Shown: positions 35,378 to 44,831 of the stretch, in pieces
How positions within the stretch are numbered: the first letter of the stretch is position 1
How the letters are laid out: each line of letters opens with the position of its first letter
From: a virus
Virus record (IMG/VR): IMGVR_UViG_3300045988_115074
Location: 64,001-128,000 of that record
Length of the DNA stretch: 64,000 nt
Reading direction: 5' to 3' (one strand)
Made by a program: the position numbers and the translations under genes
Notes under the pieces: model-generated
The model's input: only the letters and a program-made list of their open reading frames with translations
Told to the model about the DNA's origin: nothing
Database searches by the model: none

Positions 35378-35399
35378 ACCATACTAAAAGGAAAGTATA

Positions 35400-36965
35400 A
35401 TGGCAAATATTAAATATACTATCGGTGTAAAATCCGGTGTGAACTTTGAAAACCTTTTGATTGACGCTGGCTATACTAAAGCCGTCTTAAATCAAGAAAA
35501 TGTTTATTTTACAGTATCTGAAACTCCAGATGATGCCGAGTTTAACAGTGCTGTAGATGTAATCCTGCGTAAATCTGTAGCAGACAAAATTGACTTTGCG
35601 ACTAATGAAGTCGTACACACTTCTTCTACTACTCCGTTTAATGCTGAAAAAGTAACTGATAATAAAGTCATTGCTCGTAAAGTAGCTAATGATGGTTCTG
35701 TTTACTTTGAAGAAAAACAATTTACTGCTGATGAATTGACTGGTGGTGAATACGTTATCGTTACACACCGCTATAACCGTTTGGACTTGTTGAAAGCAGT
35801 TACTGGTAAAGAAGAACATACTATTGACGTTTCTGATACTGAAGAAGTATTGCGTGTAGGTGGTGTTTCTACTTTATCTAAAAAATCAACCATTGATGGT
35901 TTCTTGGCTAAATGGAAACTGCACGCAGATGACGTCAATGGTGCTCCACGTGAGTACTATCAATTCAATAGCGATGGTGATTTAGACTATGGTGTCTCTA
36001 CTACTACTGAACTGACTCCTACTGCTTACCATAAAGTTTCTTCTTTAGGTTCTAAAGTTAAAACTAAACTGGTAATGGACTTAGGTGCTCAATCTCAAGC
36101 TGTACTGTTGCGTCCTAAATTCATTAAAGGTAAAAACCGTTCTTTGACTCTTAAAGAGAATAAAGAATTGAAAGTAAAAGGTAATACTATCACTACTGAG
36201 AACTTGTCTATTGGTGGTGCTACCTTTAGTAAAGACTATGTATTGGCTAAAGCACTCGAACGTGCATACCAAGACAAACGTGGTCAGTTCTTGAAAGACA
36301 ACCTGCTGGATGCTAGTACTTTGTTAGAAGTTAACCCAGTAGTAGCTGATGATGAAGTATTGGAAAAATACTTTACCAATGAGTCTGTACAAACTCTGAC
36401 TGATGAAAAAGTAAAAGTATTGCAATATCGTGGTAAAGACTTAGCTGTAGAATTGCAAGAAAAATTCAAAGGTAAACTCAATGTCTTTGTAGAACAAGTA
36501 GACATTGGTGAATATCCTAAAGAATTTATCGATAATAAAGACAACTTGACTCAAGCAGGTGTTTCTGAACAAGCTGCTAATATGTTAAGTGGTTTGACTT
36601 TCACTCAAGGTGTATTGACCAGCGGTGTTAAAGCCCTGATTTTAGATGCTCCTGAAGTGAAATCTATCGAAGAAGCTAAAATCAAAATGCAACAAGTATT
36701 CGGTACTCTGTTGGGTCAGTTAGATTTGAAACCTTTAGATTTGACTGACTTGTCAGCTACTAAAGAAGTAGAATCTGACCAACACGTTTACGATAATTCT
36801 TCTTTCACTCGCGTAGTACGTGTTAAACCTGAATTTGAACCTATCTTTACCGGTACTTTCGGTCTGGTAATCGAATATCCTGTTCCTACTGACATTACTG
36901 TAGAGAAAGACCTCAACGGTTATGAAGGTTACGAGCATGATGCTCGAGGTACTGAAGAAGTATAA
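35400..36965 (+). CDS. paralog family A member 3 (521 aa), the codon-optimised copy
   Basis: NFENLLIDAGYTKAVLNQENVYF; EKDLNGYEGY. CTG/CGT/GGT-rich codon usage leaves several stop-free antisense ORFs. Confidence 0.85.
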   Translation: MANIKYTIGVKSGVNFENLLIDAGYTKAVLNQENVYFTVSETPDDAEFNSAVDVILRKSVADKIDFATNEVVHTSSTTPFNAEKVTDNKVIARKVANDGSVYFEEKQFTADELTGGEYVIVTHRYNRLDLLKAVTGKEEHTIDVSDTEEVLRVGGVSTLSKKSTIDGFLAKWKLHADDVNGAPREYYQFNSDGDLDYGVSTTTELTPTAYHKVSSLGSKVKTKLVMDLGAQSQAVLLRPKFIKGKNRSLTLKENKELKVKGNTITTENLSIGGATFSKDYVLAKALERAYQDKRGQFLKDNLLDASTLLEVNPVVADDEVLEKYFTNESVQTLTDEKVKVLQYRGKDLAVELQEKFKGKLNVFVEQVDIGEYPKEFIDNKDNLTQAGVSEQAANMLSGLTFTQGVLTSGVKALILDAPEVKSIEEAKIKMQQVFGTLLGQLDLKPLDLTDLSATKEVESDQHVYDNSSFTRVVRVKPEFEPIFTGTFGLVIEYPVPTDITVEKDLNGYEGYEHDARGTEEV

Positions 36966-36994
36966 TACTTTTCTAGCCTCTAGCTAAGAGACAT

Positions 36995-37031
36995 ACAGGT
37001 ACTGTATTCATTCGTACAGTACCTGTTTTTT
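36995..37031 (+). terminator. intrinsic terminator
   Basis: 12-bp stem acaggtactgta / tacagtacctgt followed by tttttt. Confidence 0.8.
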
Positions 37032-37052
37032 ATAAAGAATGAAAGGATAGAG

Positions 37053-38618
37053 ATGAGTAAAAAATTGTCTTACCGCTTAAGCAAAAGCGTGACTGAAAAT
37101 TTTGAAAGACTATTGAAATCTGGTGGTTATAAGGAAGACGCTTTGAATAAGTTTGACTTATATGTTACTCCTTATACTAACGATAAGAATAAACCTGTCT
37201 TTGAAGGTGATAACAATACTATCTTGTTTGTTGCCTTAAATAATCCTTATGGTGTAGAAATTAATAAAGGTGATGTACCATTTGATACTTCTATTTATCC
37301 ATTCCCAGAATCTGTTGTAGGTGATGGTGGTAGCTTAGAGGTATTGACTGAACCTGAAACTGAAAAACGTTATGTCTATACTTACAAACGTGTTAAATCA
37401 GGTACTGGTGTAGAATACCAACGTGTTAAATTCTATCCTGCTGACCATACCCATAAGTTTTCTATCTACAAACACCAATACCGTCGTGTATCTTTGGTAA
37501 ACCACGTAGCAGAAGCAGAAAATAAAGATTATGTGATTAATGTTTCTGAAGTAGAAAATAATGGTGTATTGTCATTTAACGTTAATCCTGTAGCTACGTT
37601 GAATACTTTGTTTGCAAAAGATTCTGACCGTTTGAAACAATATTATTTAGAAGACTTTGGTGCCGCTGGCCCATTTAAATACGGTAACAATACTATTCGT
37701 TTGACTCCTAAAAATGATAACGAACTGATTGTTCGCCCACAAGACATTACTGTTAAAGTCATTGGTGACTTGGCTAAGATTCCTAAGAATGACCTTAAAG
37801 CTTATCACTTCTGGTTCTTGCGTAACCGTACTTACCGCAAAGTAGGTAATAACGATATTGACTTTAGACCGATTATTGGTAACCGTGTGCGTGTTACTAA
37901 TGGTCAAAATAACATTATGGATATCATTTTAGCCTTTACTTATACTGGTGATATCCGTGGTCAAGGTGAGTTTATTAAACGTGCTAATTTAGACACTTCT
38001 GAAGTAACTGAAGTACCTGATTTGTTTGAGTTGCCTGTATTCTATAAAGACGGTGTGGTTAAAACTAACCGTACTCGTCTGGCTTATGCTAAACCTATGC
38101 CAGGCAAAGTCGTTACCATTAAGACTAAAGAAGAAGTCGATTACTTTATTAACAAAGGTACAGTTTGGATTGCTACAGCTGATTTAGCTGAATTTCCAAA
38201 TGAATACAAAGAAGACTACTTAGACCCACAAGGTGACCGTTATGGTCAAAACCCTTGGAATACTGCCATGGCTGGTCGTATTGCCGGTGTAGACTTCACT
38301 ACATTCAATAAAGACGTGTACAATAACCAAAACATTACTGTATACGAAGTACCTGAAGAAAACACTCGTGGTTTCACTATTAGTCATTCTAGTATTGACA
38401 CTATTGAGAAAGCTAAGAAAGCAGCTGAAGACATTTACACTATGTTTAGAAGCTACTTTATTGATGGCTATACAGTTGTTGCGAAAAGTGATGAACACAC
38501 TTCTGAAAATGAATATGTATTGGTTGTAACTCCTAAACCTGGTTTGGAAGACTATGTAGTAAACAAATTCTACATCCGTGCTCAAGTTACTCCAGCTGCT
38601 GTTAGTCCAGAAGCTTAA
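37053..38618 (+). CDS. paralog family A member 4 (521 aa), divergent
   Basis: NFERLLKSGGYKEDALNKFDLY at the N-terminus; same length class. Confidence 0.85.
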   Translation: MSKKLSYRLSKSVTENFERLLKSGGYKEDALNKFDLYVTPYTNDKNKPVFEGDNNTILFVALNNPYGVEINKGDVPFDTSIYPFPESVVGDGGSLEVLTEPETEKRYVYTYKRVKSGTGVEYQRVKFYPADHTHKFSIYKHQYRRVSLVNHVAEAENKDYVINVSEVENNGVLSFNVNPVATLNTLFAKDSDRLKQYYLEDFGAAGPFKYGNNTIRLTPKNDNELIVRPQDITVKVIGDLAKIPKNDLKAYHFWFLRNRTYRKVGNNDIDFRPIIGNRVRVTNGQNNIMDIILAFTYTGDIRGQGEFIKRANLDTSEVTEVPDLFELPVFYKDGVVKTNRTRLAYAKPMPGKVVTIKTKEEVDYFINKGTVWIATADLAEFPNEYKEDYLDPQGDRYGQNPWNTAMAGRIAGVDFTTFNKDVYNNQNITVYEVPEENTRGFTISHSSIDTIEKAKKAAEDIYTMFRSYFIDGYTVVAKSDEHTSENEYVLVVTPKPGLEDYVVNKFYIRAQVTPAAVSPEA

Positions 38619-38637
38619 TAGATAAGGAGAATAAATA

Positions 38638-40161
38638 ATGCCTAATATTAAGTATAATCTAAATGCCACTACAGCAAATAACTTCAATAGTTTGCTGATT
38701 GATGCAGGTTACACCAATGCAGTATTGAATCAAGAGAACGTATACTTCACGCTGTCTGAGATTTCTGAAGAGAAATACAATGCTGCTGTACATATTGCTT
38801 TTTTAAAAGATGTTGCTGCGCGTATTAATACGACAGACCACAATGTGGTTAAAACAGAATCTAATACTGTAGACCCACACAACACTGGTAAGATTTATGT
38901 ACGTAAATATAACAATGGCTTACTTTCTTTTGAAGAAGTCAGTGCGGTATCTATTCCTGAAAATAAAGAATGGGTAGTATTGACACACCGTTATACTAAA
39001 CTAGACTTAGTACATAGTATTTTAGGTACAGAAGTATCTTACATTCCAGAGGATAATTTAGATGCTTCTGCATTGACTACTGCTGGTAAATTTGATGTTG
39101 CTGTTGCTAGTTTGTTAAGTAAGAATAAATTGTATCAAGACCCAGAAGATTCTGGTAGTACAGAAATCCTATATCGTCCAGAAGAAACAGGTAATGTAGC
39201 TTATGGTGTAGTATCTACTATTGCTGTTGTACCTTCTGTTACACATGGTTTCTCTTCTTTGAAATCAGACATTAAAGTAATGCGTCAGCTTGATTTGTCT
39301 AAAGTATTTAAAGTAGAAGTATTATGCTTTAAATTCTTAAAAGACGTAAGCTATGCTGGTGCAAGTAATCTACCAGTTTATAACATGCCATTTGATTTAA
39401 CTCAAGTGAAAAACCGTTTCTTTGATAATGGTTACTTTAGTGAATCATTTGACGCACGTAAGACTTATCTGGAAAGTAGTGGTTTAGGTGCTAGTGAATT
39501 ATTTGGTCAAGCTGTTTTGGCTAATACAGATGATTTAGAAAAAGCATTTACTGAAGAAGAGCGTCAAGTTATTACTGAAAATAACTTGAAACTGGTTAAA
39601 TTACCTACAGTCGAAATTCCTGCTACTTTAACCAATAAAGTAATTGGTAGCCGTAACTTCTACGCTATTCAATCTGATATTTCAAGTTATCCTAAAGAAT
39701 TTATCGATAATAAACCTGCTTCAGTTAACGCTGAATTTTCACTTTCTACTGGTGTTTTAGCGAATGCTAATGGTACATTGGCTTTAATTGCTGAGCACCC
39801 TGAAGTTAAAGACGAAGAGAAAGCAGAAGAAAAACTGAATGAATTGGTTACTTACTTTAGAGATACTTTACAGTTAGGTAGCTATCTAGAATTTGGTGGT
39901 GTTAACCAAGGTGGTAATATCTACGACAATAGCTCTGCTACTGTATTAGTTACTGCTAAGGGTGATGCTAAACCATTTATTAATGGTGAATTTGCCATCG
40001 TAGTAGAATACGATATTAAAGAAACTACTGTAGAGAAAGACTTAAGTGGTTTTGATGCTAACCCAGGTATCGATGAAGACGCTTTACCAAGTGAAGAGTC
40101 TGAAGTAAACAGTATTGATTTAGTACCTTCTTTAGCTGGTTACACTGAAATTGTAGAATAA
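38638..40161 (+). CDS. paralog family A member 5 (507 aa)
   Basis: NFNSLLIDAGYTNAVLNQENVYF; EKDLSGFDANPG; also shares YPKEFIDNK with 35400. Confidence 0.85.
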   Translation: MPNIKYNLNATTANNFNSLLIDAGYTNAVLNQENVYFTLSEISEEKYNAAVHIAFLKDVAARINTTDHNVVKTESNTVDPHNTGKIYVRKYNNGLLSFEEVSAVSIPENKEWVVLTHRYTKLDLVHSILGTEVSYIPEDNLDASALTTAGKFDVAVASLLSKNKLYQDPEDSGSTEILYRPEETGNVAYGVVSTIAVVPSVTHGFSSLKSDIKVMRQLDLSKVFKVEVLCFKFLKDVSYAGASNLPVYNMPFDLTQVKNRFFDNGYFSESFDARKTYLESSGLGASELFGQAVLANTDDLEKAFTEEERQVITENNLKLVKLPTVEIPATLTNKVIGSRNFYAIQSDISSYPKEFIDNKPASVNAEFSLSTGVLANANGTLALIAEHPEVKDEEKAEEKLNELVTYFRDTLQLGSYLEFGGVNQGGNIYDNSSATVLVTAKGDAKPFINGEFAIVVEYDIKETTVEKDLSGFDANPGIDEDALPSEESEVNSIDLVPSLAGYTEIVE

Positions 40162-40173
40162 CAATTGATTAAG

Positions 40174-40210
40174 TAGAAAGAGTAGGATTACCCTACTCTT
40201 TCTATTTTTA
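40174..40210 (+). terminator. intrinsic terminator
   Basis: 13-bp stem tagaaagagtagg / cctactctttcta followed by ttttt. Confidence 0.8.
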
Positions 40211-40225
40211 TTATGTTCTATTTTA

Positions 40226-40269
40226 TTACAACTATATACTACTAAATTGAAAGAGAAGAGGACTTCTCT
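40226..40269 (+). promoter_or_regulatory. consensus promoter core plus leader hairpin (P9)
   Basis: ttacaactatatactactaaattg, then agagaag/cttctct. Confidence 0.55.
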
Positions 40270-40303
40270 AATTTGTTTAATCTTTATATAAAGGAATCTT
40301 AAA

Positions 40304-40582
40304 ATGGAAATAGATATGCAATCGTTTTTGAAAAAACAAAAACAAATGCTGAAAGAAGACTTGTCTTCTTTAAATAAAGTTAAGTCTAAACTGAAGAAAA
40401 CACATGATGAAGTAAATACTGAACTATGTGTTCAAACGGCTATTAGACCACCATTTGGATTTGATAAAAACATTAATGCTAAGATTAGTGAATTACGTAG
40501 TTTGAAGGCTAAACTACATTCACAGCTACTTGTTATTAATAAGCAGATTGAAGACATCGAATCTGCTATTGAAAACATCTAA
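40304..40582 (+). CDS. small coiled-coil protein (92 aa)
   Basis: Full consensus cassette upstream. Confidence 0.75.
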   Translation: MEIDMQSFLKKQKQMLKEDLSSLNKVKSKLKKTHDEVNTELCVQTAIRPPFGFDKNINAKISELRSLKAKLHSQLLVINKQIEDIESAIENI

Positions 40583-40596
40583 TGTATTTTAGATTT

Positions 40597-40648
40597 TTTC
40601 AGATACATATTACTAAATTGAAAGAGAGGAAAATTATTTCTTCTCTTT
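40597..40648 (+). promoter_or_regulatory. consensus promoter core plus leader hairpin (P10)
   Basis: tttcagatacatattactaaattg, then a ~12-bp stem aaagagaggaaa/tttcttctcttt. Confidence 0.55.
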
Positions 40649-40686
40649 AATTCATTATATAAACAAACAAATAAGGAGACCTTACT

Positions 40687-40974
40687 ATGGAAAATATAAT
40701 TAAACAAAAAATGGTTTCAATGAAAGATGAGTTGGTGAAAACCCTTCAAGACTTTCAAAACCAACTTAATGAAAAGAAAACTCTACACAAAGAGCTTTCT
40801 GAAAAAGCCAGCCGTTTAATGGATGGTGAGTACAATATCGACGTATACGCTGAGTATACTAACATCGGTATTGAGAAATACCAGATAGAACGCGATATGG
40901 AAATCTTAAATTACCAAATCGAATCTACTGAGATGTACATTGACCAAACCAACAAAATTATTGAAAAACTTTGA
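40687..40974 (+). CDS. small coiled-coil protein (95 aa)
   Basis: Own consensus promoter and 12-bp leader hairpin; CAAA-repeat leader and AAGGAG SD. Confidence 0.75.
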   Translation: MENIIKQKMVSMKDELVKTLQDFQNQLNEKKTLHKELSEKASRLMDGEYNIDVYAEYTNIGIEKYQIERDMEILNYQIESTEMYIDQTNKIIEKL

Positions 40975-40986
40975 AAGGAAAGTAAA

Positions 40987-41181
40987 ATGAAAATCCGTAT
41001 CCGTTACATCCTCCTGGCTGCAATCGCAGCTGTAACCATCTACGTTGTATCCCCTAGCGATGCTGATATCGCTATGGGTGCAAACCAAACAGCCCAAGCT
41101 AAAGCTGACGCTAAGATGCGTCAGATTGAAGACCTAGCAGATTATTGTATGAAAGCACCGTCATCAGACGAGTGCAACTAA
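40987..41181 (+). CDS. small membrane or secreted protein (64 aa)
   Basis: N-terminal hydrophobic helix YILLAAIAAVTIYVV; AAAGGAAA RBS; terminator at 41194. Confidence 0.7.
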   Translation: MKIRIRYILLAAIAAVTIYVVSPSDADIAMGANQTAQAKADAKMRQIEDLADYCMKAPSSDECN

Positions 41182-41193
41182 TACAATACAAAA

Positions 41194-41220
41194 AAGAGAA
41201 GTAACCCTTCTCTTTTTTTT
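41194..41220 (+). terminator. intrinsic terminator
   Basis: 8-bp stem aagagaag / cttctctt followed by a T-run. Confidence 0.7.
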
Positions 41221-41240
41221 GATTTAAAAGGAGTATTTTA

Positions 41241-42752
41241 ATGGCTATATTAGTCGATCCAGAAAAGTCACAAACAGAAAATCTAATGTATCTTTTAGAA
41301 CAAGCCAATATCCCACAAACTGTTAAGAATGATATTGAAGGATATTCTTGTCTAGCACGTGATAAAACAATTAATGGTAAATCTTACAATACAGAATTAC
41401 ACTTACACATTCTACCTAACTCTCCTACACATTTACGTGAAAAAAATTCTTATGCTGAAAGTAACTATAATCGTGTACCTATTGGTTTTCCAGGAGACAA
41501 TACATTTGGTTTAGAGCATGATGAGAGAACTGAAGGATTGGTAGACTTTAGTAATCGTACAGCAATGAATGAAAAACTAGCTGAAAAGATTAATAGACAT
41601 CCTAAGTTTTCACAAGAAAGTAAATTCCCATTTCGTGTAGAAGTAGCTGAAGATTTTCGCTCTATGACTGTATTTCCTTCTCTAGCTTCTCCTTGCTATT
41701 ACGGAAGTAAACAATATAGATTTAGAGTTATTGAGATGGTTTCTATTAATAGCATTCCTATTCAAATCTACGTATCTCGTCATTTCTTTCCAAAAGCTAA
41801 GAATCAGTTAATTGGTACATTCTACGGTGGTTGGACATTTGACTGGCATTTTCCTTCTAATGAATATCAAGACAATAGCGGATTTAGGATTGAAAGGGGT
41901 TATTCTTTAGATAGTCGTTTTACAGGTAATGAATCTGTTAAAGAATTCTTTCTTAAATTACTTAATTTAAAAAATAATATCGAGCCTTATAAAGGTAAAC
42001 CTTATTTAATTCAAGATATCGATATTGAAGAACAATATGTTCCAGCTATTCAAACTAAAGTAATTAACTTTGTAAAAGACCCAAATATACACATGTCTAC
42101 TTACGATTGGCGCTCTGACGGTTTCTGGGTGAATAATATCTGGAAACGTGGTGCAGCTATTATTGGTGAAGATGATATTTTTGGTTATCGTGTATTCTAT
42201 TGCGACGATGGTAAATACCATGGGTTTAAATCTATCGTATTACAATTACACATTGGTTCCGTTTTCTTACGTTTCTTAAAAGAAACTAATCGTGAAGTAG
42301 GTAAACCTTTTACGATAAAGAATGTAGCTGGAATTGATAATGGTATTGCTGTAGGTGCTGATGTATCTTTAAAATTTACTAAACATTTAAATAAAGACTA
42401 TATCAATTCTAATGACTTTACTGTCTACAATGGAATTATGTGTAAATTCGAAGCCCTCAATGGTCAGCCTACTACTGATGATAATCCATGGTTAAAAGAT
42501 TTATTCTACGCTACTATTTTTAAAGAGTTTAATGAATGGTTATTTAGTAAGTTTAATATTAAACTAGTAGAAAGATTTATTACTAATAGAATAGTATCTG
42601 AAATTAGAAACATTAATCTTAAAGATTACAATAGTTTAAAAAACTTATACAGTGCAGAAGATTCTGATAGAGTTACTATTAATTATTTACCTAGTAATGG
42701 ACATATGTTTGTTATAGGTACATTTGGAGTATTGTTTAAACGAGTAGTTTAG
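41241..42752 (+). CDS. distant paralog family A member 6 (503 aa)
   Basis: N-terminal ENLMYLLEQANIPQTVKND resembles the family A N-terminal motif; same size class. Confidence 0.8.
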   Translation: MAILVDPEKSQTENLMYLLEQANIPQTVKNDIEGYSCLARDKTINGKSYNTELHLHILPNSPTHLREKNSYAESNYNRVPIGFPGDNTFGLEHDERTEGLVDFSNRTAMNEKLAEKINRHPKFSQESKFPFRVEVAEDFRSMTVFPSLASPCYYGSKQYRFRVIEMVSINSIPIQIYVSRHFFPKAKNQLIGTFYGGWTFDWHFPSNEYQDNSGFRIERGYSLDSRFTGNESVKEFFLKLLNLKNNIEPYKGKPYLIQDIDIEEQYVPAIQTKVINFVKDPNIHMSTYDWRSDGFWVNNIWKRGAAIIGEDDIFGYRVFYCDDGKYHGFKSIVLQLHIGSVFLRFLKETNREVGKPFTIKNVAGIDNGIAVGADVSLKFTKHLNKDYINSNDFTVYNGIMCKFEALNGQPTTDDNPWLKDLFYATIFKEFNEWLFSKFNIKLVERFITNRIVSEIRNINLKDYNSLKNLYSAEDSDRVTINYLPSNGHMFVIGTFGVLFKRVV

Positions 42753-42810
42753 ATTTTAATTTAGGAATAATATTATACTGAATGTACTTATTTAAATAAA
42801 GGAATACATT

Positions 42811-43386
42811 ATGGATAGTATTATTCTCCCCAGTAAAGAGATGTACTCTGTTGTTCGGGATGACCTTGTTTGTATTGACCATGTATCACTAATGCTCTCT
42901 AATGAGTCTGTATTGGCTCTAGCTTCGATTTTAGATGGTATTGGAGTATGTCATACCCTTTTGAATAAAGAGGGTCTTCCTCGTCAAGCAGGGGTCACTA
43001 TAGTGTATTCTAAGAATAGATTACCTAAGTATCTTATTAAAGAAGACTTAGAAGTAGACTCTACTTTTGTCCCTTTAGTAAAACCCGAACAATACGATAC
43101 CTTTATTAATTCTGGTAATCTTAAGTTTCAAACTATTACTGACATCCATGGAAATAAAATGGATGTTATTCTTATTAAAACAAATACCTTCATGTCACTA
43201 CATGAGAAATATATTAATGACTATAACGCAGAGTGGTCTCAAGGTGAATACATGCCATTTATTAAAATCAATTCACCTAGTTACTACGATGGTTCTGATT
43301 GGTTTAATACTTTAAGTATGCCTGATACAAACCAAGCATTAACATTTACTGATGTACGTTACATGAGGTTTGGTGAAAGGATATAA
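42811..43386 (+). CDS. hypothetical protein (191 aa) immediately upstream of the spanins
   Basis: ORF with AAAGGAA RBS. Confidence 0.8.
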   Translation: MDSIILPSKEMYSVVRDDLVCIDHVSLMLSNESVLALASILDGIGVCHTLLNKEGLPRQAGVTIVYSKNRLPKYLIKEDLEVDSTFVPLVKPEQYDTFINSGNLKFQTITDIHGNKMDVILIKTNTFMSLHEKYINDYNAEWSQGEYMPFIKINSPSYYDGSDWFNTLSMPDTNQALTFTDVRYMRFGERI

Positions 43387-43391
43387 TAAAA

Positions 43392-43796
43392 ATGCTTTAT
43401 TCTGATTTAAATGGTTATAAAGAAAGTATTAAGAAGTGGCTAATCCCTGGATTGTTTATTTTTTTAATGACTATTATTGTTATCTCTCTAGTCATTATCC
43501 AACATCAATCTCGAGCAATAGAAACTCGTAATGAAAAGATTGTATTATTAGAAGATGATGTACGTGATTTGAAAAAAGAACTAGCATTACAGACTGAATT
43601 AGCAACTGCTTATAAAACAGCTGCTGATAATCAATTGGCATTATTTAAACAAAGCCGTGATAACTTTAAGGTTATTAATAACGAGTTGAATCAATCTTTA
43701 GAAAAACATAAAGATTACGCTAATGAAGAATTACCTTTGGATATTCGAAATATTGCCAATGGTATTCGACCTATCCCTTTAAAACCTAAGGAATAA
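43392..43796 (+). CDS. i-spanin (Rz-like inner-membrane spanin)
   Basis: N-terminal TM helix WLIPGLFIFLMTIIVISLVII followed by a coiled-coil periplasmic domain; located directly upstream of a lipoprotein gene. Confidence 0.7.
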   Translation: MLYSDLNGYKESIKKWLIPGLFIFLMTIIVISLVIIQHQSRAIETRNEKIVLLEDDVRDLKKELALQTELATAYKTAADNQLALFKQSRDNFKVINNELNQSLEKHKDYANEELPLDIRNIANGIRPIPLKPKE

Positions 43797-43798
43797 AA

Positions 43799-44059
43799 AT
43801 GAAATACTTAGTTCTTCCTATTTTACTTTCTTTAGTAGCATGTACTACACCGACTAAAGTAAAAGAATATGTAGCTTACGATTGTCCTATTCCAAACGTA
43901 TGTGCTGAACCTATTAAACGCCAAGAGATTAAAACCAATGGTGATTTAGTGAAAGCATATGTAGAAGTAGTACAAGAGAATGAAGAATGTCGTATTGTAG
44001 TCAATACATTAACACAATGTATTCGTCAATCTCAAGACATTATCCGTAAGTCTAATTAA
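43799..44059 (+). CDS. o-spanin (Rz1-like outer-membrane lipoprotein)
   Basis: Perfect lipobox LVAC (MKYLVLPILLSLVAC). Small mature protein with five further Cys after the lipobox Cys. Separated, non-embedded architecture. Confidence 0.7.
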   Translation: MKYLVLPILLSLVACTTPTKVKEYVAYDCPIPNVCAEPIKRQEIKTNGDLVKAYVEVVQENEECRIVVNTLTQCIRQSQDIIRKSN

Positions 44060-44070
44060 ATTATAGATTA

Positions 44071-44117
44071 TTTTAAACATATATCATTATAGTGAAAGGG
44101 ACGACGGTTCCTTTCAC
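44071..44117 (+). promoter_or_regulatory. consensus promoter core plus leader hairpin (P11)
   Basis: ttttaaacatatatcattatagtg, then gtgaaagg/cctttcac. Confidence 0.6.
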
Positions 44118-44152
44118 TATTCTTATCAACTCTTTATATAAAGGAAAACAAA

Positions 44153-44755
44153 ATGGATATCTGTAAATTTGATCAAATCTTCACCAAAAAATTCCAATTT
44201 TCAAAATTCTTCACTAAAGCGGTGAAGAAAGTATTGGTCGATGGTTTTGGTGATAAAGCGCACTTCAACTTTGAAGCAACACAAAACGTGTTGTTGCCAT
44301 CTCGTAAAGGTGGTGATGAAACAAGTGGTGTACGCCCATTCCCGTTTAAACTCGATATCTCTGAAACCACCGGTCGTATTTATATCGATGGTCGTGATGT
44401 TGAAGGCATGTCTTTTGTGTTACCAGAACACTGGGAAGAACTCCCAGTGGAAACTGTAAAAGATATCTATGGGTACGTTGAGAAACTGCTTGCAAACATC
44501 GAACCTAAAGAAGATGGTAGCAAACCTACCATTAACATCGAAGTTGCGGTAAACATCGATGAAAAGAATTACACTTCAATGAACGACCCAGAGTCTCTGA
44601 AGTTGGTTCGTGAATTAGAGGGTGGTAATAAACCTACCAAAAACGAACTCCACAATATTGCTGACAAAATCAGCAAAGAAGGCGTCGACCCAGAAGTCGT
44701 TACTAAGATTGTAGAGATTGTTCTGGCTACATTGCCACTGGTAATGAAGAAGTAA
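44153..44755 (+). CDS. hypothetical protein (200 aa), high-expression codon usage
   Basis: Full consensus cassette upstream; CTG/CGT/GGT-rich codons; terminator at 44766. Confidence 0.85.
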   Translation: MDICKFDQIFTKKFQFSKFFTKAVKKVLVDGFGDKAHFNFEATQNVLLPSRKGGDETSGVRPFPFKLDISETTGRIYIDGRDVEGMSFVLPEHWEELPVETVKDIYGYVEKLLANIEPKEDGSKPTINIEVAVNIDEKNYTSMNDPESLKLVRELEGGNKPTKNELHNIADKISKEGVDPEVVTKIVEIVLATLPLVMKK

Positions 44756-44765
44756 TCTAATATAG

Positions 44766-44810
44766 AATACTATAGGTGGTTAATCCCACCTATAGTATTT
44801 TTATTTTTTA
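44766..44810 (+). terminator. intrinsic terminator
   Basis: 14-bp stem aatactataggtgg / ccacctatagtatt followed by tttatttttt. Confidence 0.8.
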
Positions 44811-44831
44811 TCTTTTATAAAGGAAACTATT

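Noticed and set aside
42811-43386. Possible 2H-phosphoesterase (Acb1/LigT-like) because of an HVSL tetrapeptide
   Set aside because: Only one H-x-S/T-x motif is present (DHVSLM), and no second motif occurs at the expected spacing (CHTLL and IHGNK do not fit). The evidence is insufficient.
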